The notes: generated by a model from the letters alone, not told the origin. Positions 31,105-41,668 are shown, counted from the stretch's first letter. The stretch: DNA of 64,000 nt from Candidatus Eiseniibacteriota bacterium (GCA_965224245.1 OZ245046.1:5440001-5504000); one strand, 5' to 3'. A program made the numbers and translations.

Positions 31105-33837
31105 TCACTCGATCTCCTCGACACGAGCCAGCCGTTCGCGTCCCATCTTCACGAACACCTCCACCGGCTCGAACTTCGACTCGATGGGCTCCCGGTTCTC
31201 GCGGACGAGCCGGGCGCCCTCCTCGGTCTCGCCGAGATCGATCAGCGCCATCCCCAGCACATACCGGTTGGTCGCGACGAAGAAGCCGCTCTTCCGCCGC
31301 ATGTCGTCCATCGACGGCGAGGACAGGACCTCCTCGACCATCGCCCGCGCCCGGGCCGCGTCGCCGACGCCCACCACCGCCCACGCGTGATTCTGCCGGG
31401 TCATCATGACCCAGGGATGGTCGGGTCCCAGCGCGCGCTGGTACGTCTCGGTGGCCTCGCGGTAAAAGCGGTCGGAGTCCGCGAACCGCTCCATCTTCAG
31501 GTACATGAACGCGAGGTTGTTGAGGCTGGTCGCGACGTCCACGTGATCGGGCCCCAGCGTCGCCCGCTGGGTCTCGAGCGCGCGCGTGTGCAGGCGCTCC
31601 GCCTCGTCCCACTCGCCGCGCCCCTCGTGGAGCGTGGCCAGACCGATCAGATAGTGCACGTAGTGGGGGTGATCGACCCCGAGGATGCGCTCGGCCTTCT
31701 CCAGCACCTCGCGATAGAGCGACTCGGCCTCCTCGTGCTCCCGCCGGCGGGCCAGGAGCCGGGCCAGCGCATTGATCGCGTGAAGCGCGTCCGTGCCGTC
31801 GCCTCCGGCCAGCCGTGCGAGGCGCACGGCCTCTCGGATCGCCTTCTCGGCCTCTTCCAGCGAGCGGCTCTCCCGGCAGAAGCTCCCGAGGTTCAGCCAG
31901 CCCTTGGCCACCAGCGGATCCTCCGGCTCGAGCTCCCGCGCGGCAGCCGCGAGCGCCTCGCGATGCGCGACCTCGGCCTCGGATACGCGACCGGCCAGCT
32001 CCAGCGCCCGGGCGCGTGCCTGGAGCAGGCGGACCTTCCGGCGGGGCTCCCCCGGCATCCCGACCGACACCGCGTGATCGATGACCCGAACCGCGTCGTC
32101 GTAGTGGCTCGCGATCAGGAGGCGCTCGGTCCGCTCGATCTGGAGCTCCTTCCAGAGCTCCGGGTGCGACTCCGGTCCGATCAGCTCGCCGGCCCGCTCC
32201 AGGTGGGCGTGCGCCTCGTCGAGCGCGGCCAGACTGACGTACGCCGAGCCCAGCGTCACGTGCATGTCGGCGGCCACGTCGGGCTGATCGACGAACTCGG
32301 TCTCGATGCGCCGCGCGCTCGACTCCAGCAGCGAGCGCATCAGCGTCGTGTCCTGTCCGCGTGCGACGTCGGGCGAGATCGAGCGGAGCATCTCCTTCAG
32401 GAACCGGCTGATCTCCTCGGACTTTCGTCGCTCGAACTCGGATACGCGCCGGTACTCTTGCGCACGCCTCCGGAGCCGCTCGGCGCGAAGGTACAGCGCG
32501 GTGACGGCGATCGTCGCGCCCCCGAGGACGGCCACCGAGGTCGCGCCGAGGAACTGGTTCGTGGTCAGCGTGGTCGCGCCCCCGATGGCCAGCACGACGA
32601 CCGCGATCGCGCCGGCGAGCGTACGATTGCGACGGATCCACTTGGCGGCCCGGTACACGGGGGTGCTCGGCCGCGCACTCACGGGGCGGTTCTCGAGGAA
32701 GCACTCGATGTCCACGGCGAGCGCCCGCGGGGACGAGTAGCGGCGTGCGGGCTCCTTCTCGAGCGCCTTCATCAGGATCCTGTCGAGATCGCCCCGCACG
32801 CGCCGCATCAGCGTGCGGGGCTCCATCGATCGGGCGGCGATGTCCCTGGCCGTGCTCGTCTCGATCGCGCGGCTGGGCAGCGTGGGGGCGACGTTCAGGA
32901 CCTCCTCGATCCAGCGCACGACGCCGCCCTCGCGCCAGACGTGGGGGAGCTGCCCGGTCACGAGCTGATAGAGAAGCACGCCGAGCGAGTAGACGTCGGT
33001 CGCGGGGGTGATCGCGTGTCCGCGGAGCTGCTCGGGGCTCGCGTAGTGGGGCGTCATCATCGCGGCCGCCGTCGCGGTCCGGTTCGCGCTCCCCTGGAGG
33101 AGCTTGGCGATCCCGAAGTCGAGGAGCTTCACCACGCCGGCGTCGGTGACGAGGATGTTCGACGGCTTCAGGTCCCGGTGCACGACCTGGTGCGCGTGTG
33201 CGTAGTCGACCGCCTCGCAGACGTCGCGGAAGAGCCGCAGGCGAGCCTCCAGGGACAGCCGGGCGGCGTCGCAGTGCCGATCGATGGCGTCGCCGTCGAC
33301 GTACTCCATGACGATGTACGGCATGCCGTCGGGGGTCTCGCCGCCGTCGAGGAGGCGCGCGATGTGGGGGTGCTCCAGCGTGGCCAGCACCTGACGCTCG
33401 GCGCGGAGTCGACCCGCCAGCGACGTGTCGTCCCGCTCGTGCTGGAGGAGCTTGACCGCGACGCGCTTGTCGAACTGGCGATCGGCGCGCTCGGCACCGT
33501 AGACGACGCTCGTGCCGCCGGTCCCGATGCGGCGCGTCAGGCGATAGGCGCCGAGCATGCGGCCGACCCAGGGGTCGTCCGCCGGGGCGCCCGTGCCCGC
33601 GGGCGGCACCGCCGCGACGGCGGGCTCGTCCAGAGCCGGGGAGCGCGGGATCACGGGTTCGTCCAGGAACGTGCCCGCGTCGTCGTGCGCGGCCAGGAGC
33701 GACTCGAGATCGCGGCACAGCTCGGGCGCCCTCGCGCGCAGCTCGTCGAGCCACCCGCGCCGCGCACCCGGCGCGAGGCTCATGGCGTGCGCGAATGCCG
33801 AGAGGAGCTCGGCCGGGGGGTCGGGGGATGGCGTCAT
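31105..33837 (-). CDS. Ser/Thr protein kinase with membrane segment and C-terminal TPR repeats
   Basis: VAVKLL, HRDLKPSN, DFG, TPHYASPE; repeats LGPDHVDVATSLNNLA; start could be GTG 33978. Confidence 0.92.
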   Translation of the reverse strand: MTPSPDPPAELLSAFAHAMSLAPGARRGWLDELRARAPELCRDLESLLAAHDDAGTFLDEPVIPRSPALDEPAVAAVPPAGTGAPADDPWVGRMLGAYRLTRRIGTGGTSVVYGAERADRQFDKRVAVKLLQHERDDTSLAGRLRAERQVLATLEHPHIARLLDGGETPDGMPYIVMEYVDGDAIDRHCDAARLSLEARLRLFRDVCEAVDYAHAHQVVHRDLKPSNILVTDAGVVKLLDFGIAKLLQGSANRTATAAAMMTPHYASPEQLRGHAITPATDVYSLGVLLYQLVTGQLPHVWREGGVVRWIEEVLNVAPTLPSRAIETSTARDIAARSMEPRTLMRRVRGDLDRILMKALEKEPARRYSSPRALAVDIECFLENRPVSARPSTPVYRAAKWIRRNRTLAGAIAVVVLAIGGATTLTTNQFLGATSVAVLGGATIAVTALYLRAERLRRRAQEYRRVSEFERRKSEEISRFLKEMLRSISPDVARGQDTTLMRSLLESSARRIETEFVDQPDVAADMHVTLGSAYVSLAALDEAHAHLERAGELIGPESHPELWKELQIERTERLLIASHYDDAVRVIDHAVSVGMPGEPRRKVRLLQARARALELAGRVSEAEVAHREALAAAARELEPEDPLVAKGWLNLGSFCRESRSLEEAEKAIREAVRLARLAGGDGTDALHAINALARLLARRREHEEAESLYREVLEKAERILGVDHPHYVHYLIGLATLHEGRGEWDEAERLHTRALETQRATLGPDHVDVATSLNNLAFMYLKMERFADSDRFYREATETYQRALGPDHPWVMMTRQNHAWAVVGVGDAARARAMVEEVLSSPSMDDMRRKSGFFVATNRYVLGMALIDLGETEEGARLVRENREPIESKFEPVEVFVKMGRERLARVEEIE

Positions 33838-33990
33838 GGGCTCTCGTGGGTGAGGTCGACGTCCGGTGAGGATAGAGGGGGAGGCGCGATCGTGTCCACC
33901 GACCGCGCGGCGGCACCCCGGTGCCTCCGTTCCGAACCGCGTGACCGGTACCCCCTGATCCGGCTCGTGTGAGGACACCGCCGTCCCGGC

Positions 33991-35616
33991 CTACCGGCCG
34001 CGGAGATCCAGATAGGACCGGTGGGCCGAATCCACGGAGCTCCCCTCCAGAAGGCTCTTCACCCGATCGGCGAGCAGGCCGCGCACCGCGTACAGATGGT
34101 GGTAGCGCTCGCCGTAGCGCACCAGAAACAGGCGATACCGGCCCGGCGCCGCCACCAGCGCGCGATACACGGCGATCGGCGCGCGCTGGACCGGACTCAG
34201 GCCGTCCAGCGAGAGTCGCGCGAAGTCCGGACGGATCAGCCGTCTCAGGTGCTCGAGGTCGATCTCGTGCACCGGCGCACCGACGCCGACGAGCGGCGTG
34301 AGCGTGTCGGCGGTGTGCACGAGGACGATGTCCGGTCCGAACGCGTCGAGCAGATGCTCGTCCGCGCCGTGGCCCGCCACCTCGGCCGAGTTCAGGCCCA
34401 CGAGATCCAGCGTTCGACATCGCATCCAGAACGGGAGCCGTCCCGCCTCGCTGACCGCGAGAGAAACGTCCGGTCCGAGAGCACGCCGTAGCTCGAACGG
34501 AAACGTGTTGATGTACTGGGGTGTGGTGAGAACCCGGAGCTCCCGGGCGAGCGCCATCGCGTGGCCGAGGCTGACGGTGGTGGCCACCAGCAGGATCGAC
34601 ACGAGCCGACTCGTCGGTGCCGACCCGCGTCGCGCACCGGCCACGAACGCGCCGAACACGAGGAGCAGAAAGGCCGTGGCCGGTCCTTGCAATCGGAACG
34701 CCACGTTCTGCGACGGCGTCGTCACGCCGAGCACGCCGACGAGGAGCGCGAACGGGATCGCAGCTCGTTCCCACCGGCGTCGCGCTTCGGGATCGGCGAG
34801 AACCCAGGCGAGTGCGGCCACGCACACGAGAGCAGCCTGCCCGGCGGCCCAGCTCAGGTTCGAGCGGATCCCGTCCCAGGCCGATCCGTGCAGTCCCTTC
34901 ACGATCAACGGCAACGGCAAGAGCTCGCCGAAGTACGTCGTGCGCCAGATCATGTAGACCACCGCCACGGCTCCACACGCCGCGGTCGCGATCGCGTACC
35001 GTCTCGCGTCGCCGGCTCGACGTGCCGTCAGCAGCCCGAGCACCACGACCGCACCGCCGACGACGACCCCGTCGGGTCGGAAGAGCGCGACCACCAGTGC
35101 GAGCGCCGGGACGAGCACGACCGAGCGTCGGGTCCACCCGAGTAGACGGTCGACGAGAACGAGACACAGGCCACCATAGGCGAGCGTGCTGAATCCGCCG
35201 TAGCTGGCCGCGGCCAGGGGAGAGAGGGCGATCATCGGCGGGAGAATCCACGCGATCGGATCCCGAGCGCGACCGGCGCCGGTGTAGCGGGCGAGGACGA
35301 TCGCACAGGCGTACGCACCGGCGGCGTTCAGCATCGCCGCCGCGATCGCGACGTCGACCCCCAGGGAGACGAGCGCCGTCAGCAGCACCAGCCACAGGAA
35401 GTCGGTCGCTCCCTCGGTGTGCGGTCCCCCGGGATGAAACACGATCCCGTGGCCGTGGGCGGCGTTCTCGGCGTACGTGAACAGGATGTACGCGTCCTCG
35501 TGCGGGTGACCGTCCGAGAGGACGGCGTACCCGATCGCGAACACCATGATCACCGTCACCAGCGCGACGAGGTGGTGGATCGGTGACGGCGTCGGGGTCG
35601 CTCTCCCGGAGGTCAC
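33991..35616 (-). CDS. Polytopic membrane protein, GT-C-like (AftB-like N-terminal motif)
   Basis: EDAYILFTYAENAAHGHG...EGATDFLW, RPDG, many TM, C-terminal DLVGLN. Confidence 0.65.
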   Translation of the reverse strand: MTSGRATPTPSPIHHLVALVTVIMVFAIGYAVLSDGHPHEDAYILFTYAENAAHGHGIVFHPGGPHTEGATDFLWLVLLTALVSLGVDVAIAAAMLNAAGAYACAIVLARYTGAGRARDPIAWILPPMIALSPLAAASYGGFSTLAYGGLCLVLVDRLLGWTRRSVVLVPALALVVALFRPDGVVVGGAVVVLGLLTARRAGDARRYAIATAACGAVAVVYMIWRTTYFGELLPLPLIVKGLHGSAWDGIRSNLSWAAGQAALVCVAALAWVLADPEARRRWERAAIPFALLVGVLGVTTPSQNVAFRLQGPATAFLLLVFGAFVAGARRGSAPTSRLVSILLVATTVSLGHAMALARELRVLTTPQYINTFPFELRRALGPDVSLAVSEAGRLPFWMRCRTLDLVGLNSAEVAGHGADEHLLDAFGPDIVLVHTADTLTPLVGVGAPVHEIDLEHLRRLIRPDFARLSLDGLSPVQRAPIAVYRALVAAPGRYRLFLVRYGERYHHLYAVRGLLADRVKSLLEGSSVDSAHRSYLDLRGR

Positions 35617-37100
35617 CGGTTCGACCTCTCGGGCGGGAGCGCGAGCTCGGTGACGAGCTCGTGCGTTCGTGGGCTCCGGAACGCCGAGCGCGCATCCTCC
35701 TCGAGCGTGAGCTCGGCCACGGTGCGCGACGCGAAGTTCGCGTTCAGGAGACGGCTCGTCAGCGCCTCGGGATCGCGCGCCAGGCTCTCACGGAGCACGA
35801 CGACCCGACGTCCCGACACGAGGGCCTCTCCGATCGCCCGTGCGATGCGGACCGCCTCCTCGCGCGGGGCCGCGACCGCCGGGTCGTGCCGGGGCACGAT
35901 CAGCTCGCGTCGCGTGTAGTAGGCGACGAAGGGTGCCATGCGATCGGCCAGCACGGCGGTCGTCGCCGGCGTCTCGGCGTCGATCCAGCTCGCCAGCGTC
36001 CTGGGGCCGGAGACCCGCGACCGGAGCTGCATCGCTGGCCATGCATCGACGAGCGGGACGATGATCAGACCCAGGACGCCGATCGCGACCGCGGCCGGCC
36101 GGGCGCGCGCCAGCGCGCCGCCGCCCAGCACGTCGGTGAGCCCGCGCGCCACCAGGAGCGAGAGCACGGCGGCGGGCAGCGCGAGCGAGCGCGGAAAGAG
36201 CTCCCCGGCGAGGAACGCGTGCACGAGCGCGACGCCGGTCCACGCGGCGAGGATCCGGAGCATCCGGCCGCCGTGAGCGACCGCGATCGCCGCGAGACCG
36301 AGCCCGATCGGAAGCACCGCGCGGGCGAGATCCCCGGCCCCCGGAGCGAGGTCGTGGAGCGAGGGAAGGCCGGTCGATCCGAACATCGCGCTCGGGCTCG
36401 CTCCCGGCCCGAGCCGTCCACCGAGCATGGCCACGACGGCGGCGACGAACGCGATGGCGAACGCACCGAACGGCCGGGGCGCGGCGGGCTCCCGGACGAG
36501 GAGGACGAGACCCACCGTCGCCGACGCGAGCCACGTCGTGGGGAGCGTCAGCATCGCGCCGGCGGCCAGCGCGGCGGCCAGGAGCCCATGGCGGAGGTGG
36601 ACGTCGGGGGCCATCACCATGCCCAACGCACCGAGCACCAGCGCGATCGCGAGCGAGTGTCCCGACGCGGCGGTGGCCTCGGCGACCAGCAGCGGATTGG
36701 CCCCCACCAGGAGCGCCACCCCCGAAGCGATCGGATGCCCGGCTCCCAGCACCCGCGCCAGCCGGTACGCTGCCAGCACGGCCAGCGAGCCGAACAGCGC
36801 CCCGCTGGCGATGAGCGCTCGCTCGAGGTCCATGCCGAGCGCGCTCGTCAGGCTCGCCACCGCACGGCTCGCGGCCACGAGGAGCGGGCCCGGGTGCGAC
36901 GATGCACCGGCGATCCAGCCGATCGGATCGCCACCGCTGCTCGAGACCACGCGCGAGGCGAGCGCCACCTCGTCGGGGTGCACGAAGCCCGCGTGACCCG
37001 CGGCCAGGTACCCGAGGAGGGTCCCCAGTGTGATCGCGATCGGGACGGCGACGTCGCTGGCGACACGCCGCCCGGGAGTCTCGCTCGCGCCCGTCGCCAA
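35613..37100 (-). CDS. Polytopic membrane protein, ArnT/PMT-like (GT-C) glycosyltransferase
   Basis: HPDE loop after TM1, HPGP, ~11 TM plus C-terminal soluble domain; GGAGGTG RBS before TTG. Confidence 0.55.
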   Translation of the reverse strand: MATGASETPGRRVASDVAVPIAITLGTLLGYLAAGHAGFVHPDEVALASRVVSSSGGDPIGWIAGASSHPGPLLVAASRAVASLTSALGMDLERALIASGALFGSLAVLAAYRLARVLGAGHPIASGVALLVGANPLLVAEATAASGHSLAIALVLGALGMVMAPDVHLRHGLLAAALAAGAMLTLPTTWLASATVGLVLLVREPAAPRPFGAFAIAFVAAVVAMLGGRLGPGASPSAMFGSTGLPSLHDLAPGAGDLARAVLPIGLGLAAIAVAHGGRMLRILAAWTGVALVHAFLAGELFPRSLALPAAVLSLLVARGLTDVLGGGALARARPAAVAIGVLGLIIVPLVDAWPAMQLRSRVSGPRTLASWIDAETPATTAVLADRMAPFVAYYTRRELIVPRHDPAVAAPREEAVRIARAIGEALVSGRRVVVLRESLARDPEALTSRLLNANFASRTVAELTLEEDARSAFRSPRTHELVTELALPPERSNR

Positions 37101-37422
37101 TCGTCACCTCCGACCCGTGCGTTGCCACCGCGCCGGGCGATGGAAGACCTCGTTCGTGCTGCGCCGCCGACGCAACCGGGAGCACCCGCCGGTCGCAAGG
37201 GGCGTTCCCCGCCCGGTGCGAGCGCTCATACCGAGGATGCCGTCTCCGGTTGGTGATGTCTATAAGTATCTTCATTGCAACACATTGCGGCATTCGCTAC
37301 GGCGACCTACGACAACCGGCGGCCATCCGTGTTCGGTCGGGCGGCCCCGTGCGTCTGACTCCACGACGACGAGATCGAGCGGGCCAGCGGCGAGTTTCGC
37401 CGCCCCGGCATGCCAACGTAAG

Positions 37423-38076
37423 ATGTCAGGAGGTTCACCCATCGCATCCCTAGCCCGGGTCGCGCTCTTGACCGACGACACACGAGATCCCGGCGTCCCG
37501 CCGGTCGAGCGTACGGTTCCGGTTCTGGAATCGTCGCTCCAGCTGATCACGCGTGCCCGTCAGGGCGACTCCGTGGCCGTGGATCGACTCTGCGCGCGCT
37601 ACCTGCCCCGGCTTCGCCGCTGGGCGACCGGGCGGATGCCCAGGAAGTCGCGCGGGCTCCTCGACACCGACGATCTCGTCCAGAACACGCTCCTGCGCAC
37701 CGTCCGTCGCCTCGGGGACTTCGAGACCAGTCACCCGGGTGCGTTCCAGGTCTACGTGCGGCAGGTGCTGATCAATCAGATTCGCGATCTCGGTCGACGC
37801 GGCGCGCGCCGGCCCGACGAGGACGAGCTGATCGAGGAGATCGACGATCCGGGGCCGTCTCCGCTGGAGGCCGCCATCGGATCGGACATGGTCGAGCGCT
37901 ACGAGGCCGCCCTCGCGCGACTCGAGCCCGCCGCGCGAGAAGCCATCGTCGCTCGCGTGGAGATGGGCTGGTCGTACGCGCAGGTGGCCGAGGTACTGGG
38001 GAAACCGTCGGCCGACGCGGCTCGCATGACCGTTGCGCGTGCGCTGTCGCGGCTGGCCGAGGAAATGGACGTGTGA
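37423..38076 (+). CDS. ECF-type RNA polymerase sigma factor
   Basis: Region 2 DTDDLVQNTL...YVRQVLINQIRD; region 4 ALARLEPAAREAI...GWSYAQVAEVLG...RALSRL; start may be TTG 37468. Confidence 0.92.
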   Translation: MSGGSPIASLARVALLTDDTRDPGVPPVERTVPVLESSLQLITRARQGDSVAVDRLCARYLPRLRRWATGRMPRKSRGLLDTDDLVQNTLLRTVRRLGDFETSHPGAFQVYVRQVLINQIRDLGRRGARRPDEDELIEEIDDPGPSPLEAAIGSDMVERYEAALARLEPAAREAIVARVEMGWSYAQVAEVLGKPSADAARMTVARALSRLAEEMDV

Positions 38077-38079
38077 ACC

Positions 38080-39870
38080 ATGCGTGACGAGGGCTTCCTG
38101 GACGTCGCCGCGACCATCTCCGATGGTGCCGGGATCGAGTGGTCGGTCATCGAGGGACGGGCGCGCTCCGACGACGAGCGCCGGCACCTGCGCCGGCTGC
38201 GTCTGGTCGACGACATCGTCACGTTTCATCGCGTGTGGCAGAGCCAGGTGGACGAGCTCGGCGATCCGATCGACGCGACCTCGCCGGACGCGCCGAGCTA
38301 CGACGCGACGTGGGGCCCGCTGGGTCTCCTGGAGCGGATCGGGCAGGGATCGTTCGGCGTCGTGTATCGCGCGTGGGATCCCAAGCTCGAGCGTGAGGTC
38401 GCGCTGAAGCTCTCGCCCGCCGGCGCCGATCCGGCGCGTGCGGCGACGATCTCCCGCGAGGGACGCCGGCTGGCCCGCGTCGATCACCCCAACGTGGTCA
38501 CGGTGTACGGCGCCGCCGACGACGACGGCCGCGCCGGGATCTGGATGGAGCTGATCGACGGGATCACGCTTCAGGACCAGGTCAAGCGCGACGGACCGAT
38601 GAGCGAGCGCGAGGTGATCGCGATCGGTCAGGACCTGTGCGGCGGGCTCGCCGCGATCCACGGCGCCCGGCTCCTGCATCGCGACATCAAGGCGGCGAAC
38701 GTCATGCGCGAGCGCGGCGGGCGCATCGTGCTGATGGATCTCGGATGCGGCCTGGACACGCCCACCGGGGTGGCGCCGGCCGCCCGTGACGCGCGGAGCA
38801 CGTCGTCGATCTCGGGCACGCCGATGTACATGGCGCCCGAGCTGTTCGACGGCGCCGAGGCGAGCTTCCGGAGCGACGTCTACGGACTCGGCATGCTCCT
38901 GTACTTCCTCGCCACCGGAACGTACCCGGTCGAGGCGATCACGCTGGGTCAGCTCACCGACGCGCTGAAGCGCGGAGAGCAGCGCCGGCTGCGCGACGTG
39001 CGCCCCGATCTGTCGTACACGTTCGTGCAGGTGATCGAGCGCGCGATCGCGCTGGATCCCGCCGGTCGGTACGCGTCGGCCGGCGAGCTGGACGACGCGC
39101 TGGGTCGCGTGCTCTCGTCCGATCTCGATCGATCGGGACGCGCCGCGACGCTCGAGACACCGGCACCCACCGGGTCTCCCGCGCCCACCGATCGTCCTGC
39201 GCGCCGTGGACGGATCGCGACCCTCGCGCTCGCGGCGGCGGTCGTGGCCGCCATCGTGCTCTGGCGATGGGCACCCTGGGCGTCCGGCTACGTCGTCGAC
39301 GCCACGTTCTATCGTCAGCTCCCGTCGGGTGCGGTCGAGGCGCTCGCGATGAACGATCGCGTGCAGCCGAAGGAGCAGTTCCTGATGCGCGCCGAGCTGT
39401 CCGACGAGACATGGGTCTACGTGATCAACCAGGACGATCACGGCGAGTCGTACCTGCTCTTCCCCATGCCGGGGCTCGAGCAGACGAACCCGCTTCCGGC
39501 CGGACGGCACGAGCTGCCCGGCGTGTGGCTCGGCGAATCGATCCGGTGGCAGTTCTCCTCCGCGGGAGGTCGCGAGCGGCTGCTCCTGGTGACCTCGCCG
39601 GAGCCGCTCACCGACTTCGAAGGCGCGCTGGCGGCACTGCCTGCGCCGCGCGCCGACGGCGAGCTCCGCGCCGCGCAGCTCTCGCCCGAGAGCGTGCGCC
39701 GGCTGCGCGGGGCGGGTGCCATCGCGCGCCATGCGCCCGGGGCGGCGAGCGCGCCGCCGGAGATCCTCGAGATGGCCGAGCCGCTGACCGGGCGCGAGCG
39801 CTCGTCGGGGCTGCGGGTCCGCGAGATCGTGCTGGAGAACCCGGTAGATCCGCAGGGAGACGGCCGGTAG
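38080..39870 (+). CDS. Membrane Ser/Thr kinase with N-terminal helical extension and DUF4384-like extracytoplasmic domain
   Basis: GQGSFGVVY, VALK, HRDIKAAN, DLG, GTPMYMAPE; single TM; WVYVINQDDHGESYLLFP...ERLLLVTSPEPL resembles DUF4384; 3 nt after the sigma stop. Confidence 0.88.
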   Translation: MRDEGFLDVAATISDGAGIEWSVIEGRARSDDERRHLRRLRLVDDIVTFHRVWQSQVDELGDPIDATSPDAPSYDATWGPLGLLERIGQGSFGVVYRAWDPKLEREVALKLSPAGADPARAATISREGRRLARVDHPNVVTVYGAADDDGRAGIWMELIDGITLQDQVKRDGPMSEREVIAIGQDLCGGLAAIHGARLLHRDIKAANVMRERGGRIVLMDLGCGLDTPTGVAPAARDARSTSSISGTPMYMAPELFDGAEASFRSDVYGLGMLLYFLATGTYPVEAITLGQLTDALKRGEQRRLRDVRPDLSYTFVQVIERAIALDPAGRYASAGELDDALGRVLSSDLDRSGRAATLETPAPTGSPAPTDRPARRGRIATLALAAAVVAAIVLWRWAPWASGYVVDATFYRQLPSGAVEALAMNDRVQPKEQFLMRAELSDETWVYVINQDDHGESYLLFPMPGLEQTNPLPAGRHELPGVWLGESIRWQFSSAGGRERLLLVTSPEPLTDFEGALAALPAPRADGELRAAQLSPESVRRLRGAGAIARHAPGAASAPPEILEMAEPLTGRERSSGLRVREIVLENPVDPQGDGR

Positions 39871-39947
39871 GCCGCTCGCCGGATCGTGTCGGACGGGCAT
39901 GGTAGAATCGACCATCCCGCGCAACGACGAAAGGCACGGAACAATTC

Positions 39948-41582
39948 ATGACATCTGGCTTCGCACCTTCATCGGCGATCTGGCGCCCGCGACATCGGCA
40001 ACCCGCGTGGTGGTTCTCGGCCATCGGCGGCGCTCTCGCGCTCGCGTGTCTCGGCGCCACGCCGGTCATCGCCGGGCTCGGCGACACCGGCTCGGCCGGT
40101 ACGCTGCCCGACGACGGGGAGGGCGCCGGCGCGGAGGGGGCCGACCGGGATCCCGACGACACGACGACCGGCGTCTGCGGAACCGTGAACAGAAGCGGCG
40201 GCGAGCCCGGCGCCTGGATCTGGATCGTACCCGACGACGAAGTGGTCCAGACCTCCGAGCTGAAGGGCTCCGAGAAGGAGGATTGCTCCGAGGCGTGCGA
40301 CGTGGCGTTCGGTCGATCGTGCGCATCCTCGCGACTGGGGAGCCCCGTGAACGGGAGCGATCCCGGTGGACGGCGCGGTGCGGACGAGCCCGGCGCCGGC
40401 ATTCTCGAGACGTACCTCCTCGTCGTCGGGTCGTACCAGGACCCGGGCGTTCAGCCCCAGCCCGTCGTGTGGGAGAGCCCGACGTCGGCGCCGCCGTTCA
40501 CCGCGAAGACGCTGGACACGCTCGCCGGCGGCGAAGGCCAGGCGCACGCCGTCGTCAAGGCGGACGACGTCTGGTGGATCGGCGGCGACACGAAGGGACC
40601 GGCGGGCTGTGTCCGCCCCTGCGTGTGGACACGTCAGTGCGAGGACGGGCCCTGGATCCTGACCGTGCTGCCGGTCCCGGCCGGAAGCTGCGAGGCCTCG
40701 GTGCGCGACGTCTTCGACTTCGGACCGGCCGGCGTCGGCGCCGTGGGCTACGCCGACGACGCCAAGGGCGTCAGGATCCCGTTCCTCTGGCGCTACGCCG
40801 CCGGCGCGTGGACCCCCGATCCGCTTCCGGTGCCGGGTGATCTGCCCGGGCGGGCCATCGCGGGATTCTGGCGATCGGGACGAGCTCAGATCGTGGGACA
40901 CGTCGACTGCACGCTGCCGAGCTCGTGCGGGGGGCTCCTCTGGGACTGGACACCCGGCGGAGGGGCCACCGTGACGCCGCTGGATCCGACGCTGGGTCCG
41001 ATCTACCGGCCGACCGACATCCTGCCCTACGGACCGACCTGCGGCGTGATCATCACGGGCACGGTCCTGACCGGCACGGGCATGCTCGCCGAGCGCATTC
41101 CGGTTCTCCAGTACGCGCGGTGCGCCCCCGGCGGCGTCCTCGACCCGGTCGACCTGAACGCGCTCCTCTCGGAGCCGTACGACGGCGTCCTCCGCACGGC
41201 CGACGCGATCACGGCCGGCGGGCACGTGTACGTGACCGGTGACGCCACCACGACCGGCGGGCCGAGCTTCGGCAACGCGTATCTGTGGACGTCCGACGCG
41301 CTACTCGACGCCCCGGACGTCGTGGCGGTGGCGCCACTCATCGCGGCGACTCCCAACCCGGTGCGCCGGAGTGTCCGGCTCACGCTGCCCGAGGGAGCGG
41401 CCGGCGCCGACGTCCGCGTCTTCGACGCCGGCGGGCGCGTCGTGCGCGAGCTCGCCGGAGGCCGCGTCCGCGCCTGGGATCGGACCGATAGCGCTGGCCG
41501 TCGCGTACCCGATGGGGTCTACTTCGTCAGAGCGACCTGGCCGTCCGGCGTCTCGACGGCCAAGCTCGTCGTCGACGACTAG
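39948..41582 (+). CDS. Secreted Cys-containing beta-repeat protein with FlgD-Ig/T9SS-like C-terminal domain
   Basis: Signal peptide; repeated G...W...L units resembling HAF extracellular repeats; CTD PNPVR...VFDAGGRVVREL...WDRTDSAGRRVPDGVYFV. Confidence 0.75.
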   Translation: MTSGFAPSSAIWRPRHRQPAWWFSAIGGALALACLGATPVIAGLGDTGSAGTLPDDGEGAGAEGADRDPDDTTTGVCGTVNRSGGEPGAWIWIVPDDEVVQTSELKGSEKEDCSEACDVAFGRSCASSRLGSPVNGSDPGGRRGADEPGAGILETYLLVVGSYQDPGVQPQPVVWESPTSAPPFTAKTLDTLAGGEGQAHAVVKADDVWWIGGDTKGPAGCVRPCVWTRQCEDGPWILTVLPVPAGSCEASVRDVFDFGPAGVGAVGYADDAKGVRIPFLWRYAAGAWTPDPLPVPGDLPGRAIAGFWRSGRAQIVGHVDCTLPSSCGGLLWDWTPGGGATVTPLDPTLGPIYRPTDILPYGPTCGVIITGTVLTGTGMLAERIPVLQYARCAPGGVLDPVDLNALLSEPYDGVLRTADAITAGGHVYVTGDATTTGGPSFGNAYLWTSDALLDAPDVVAVAPLIAATPNPVRRSVRLTLPEGAAGADVRVFDAGGRVVRELAGGRVRAWDRTDSAGRRVPDGVYFVRATWPSGVSTAKLVVDD

Positions 41583-41668
41583 GACCCGCCGAGCACGCCC
41601 GACGTCTCACGGGGTCCGCGCGATTCAGGGGGTGGCGTTCGCCGCTCCCGCACCCCCGGGAGCGCTCG

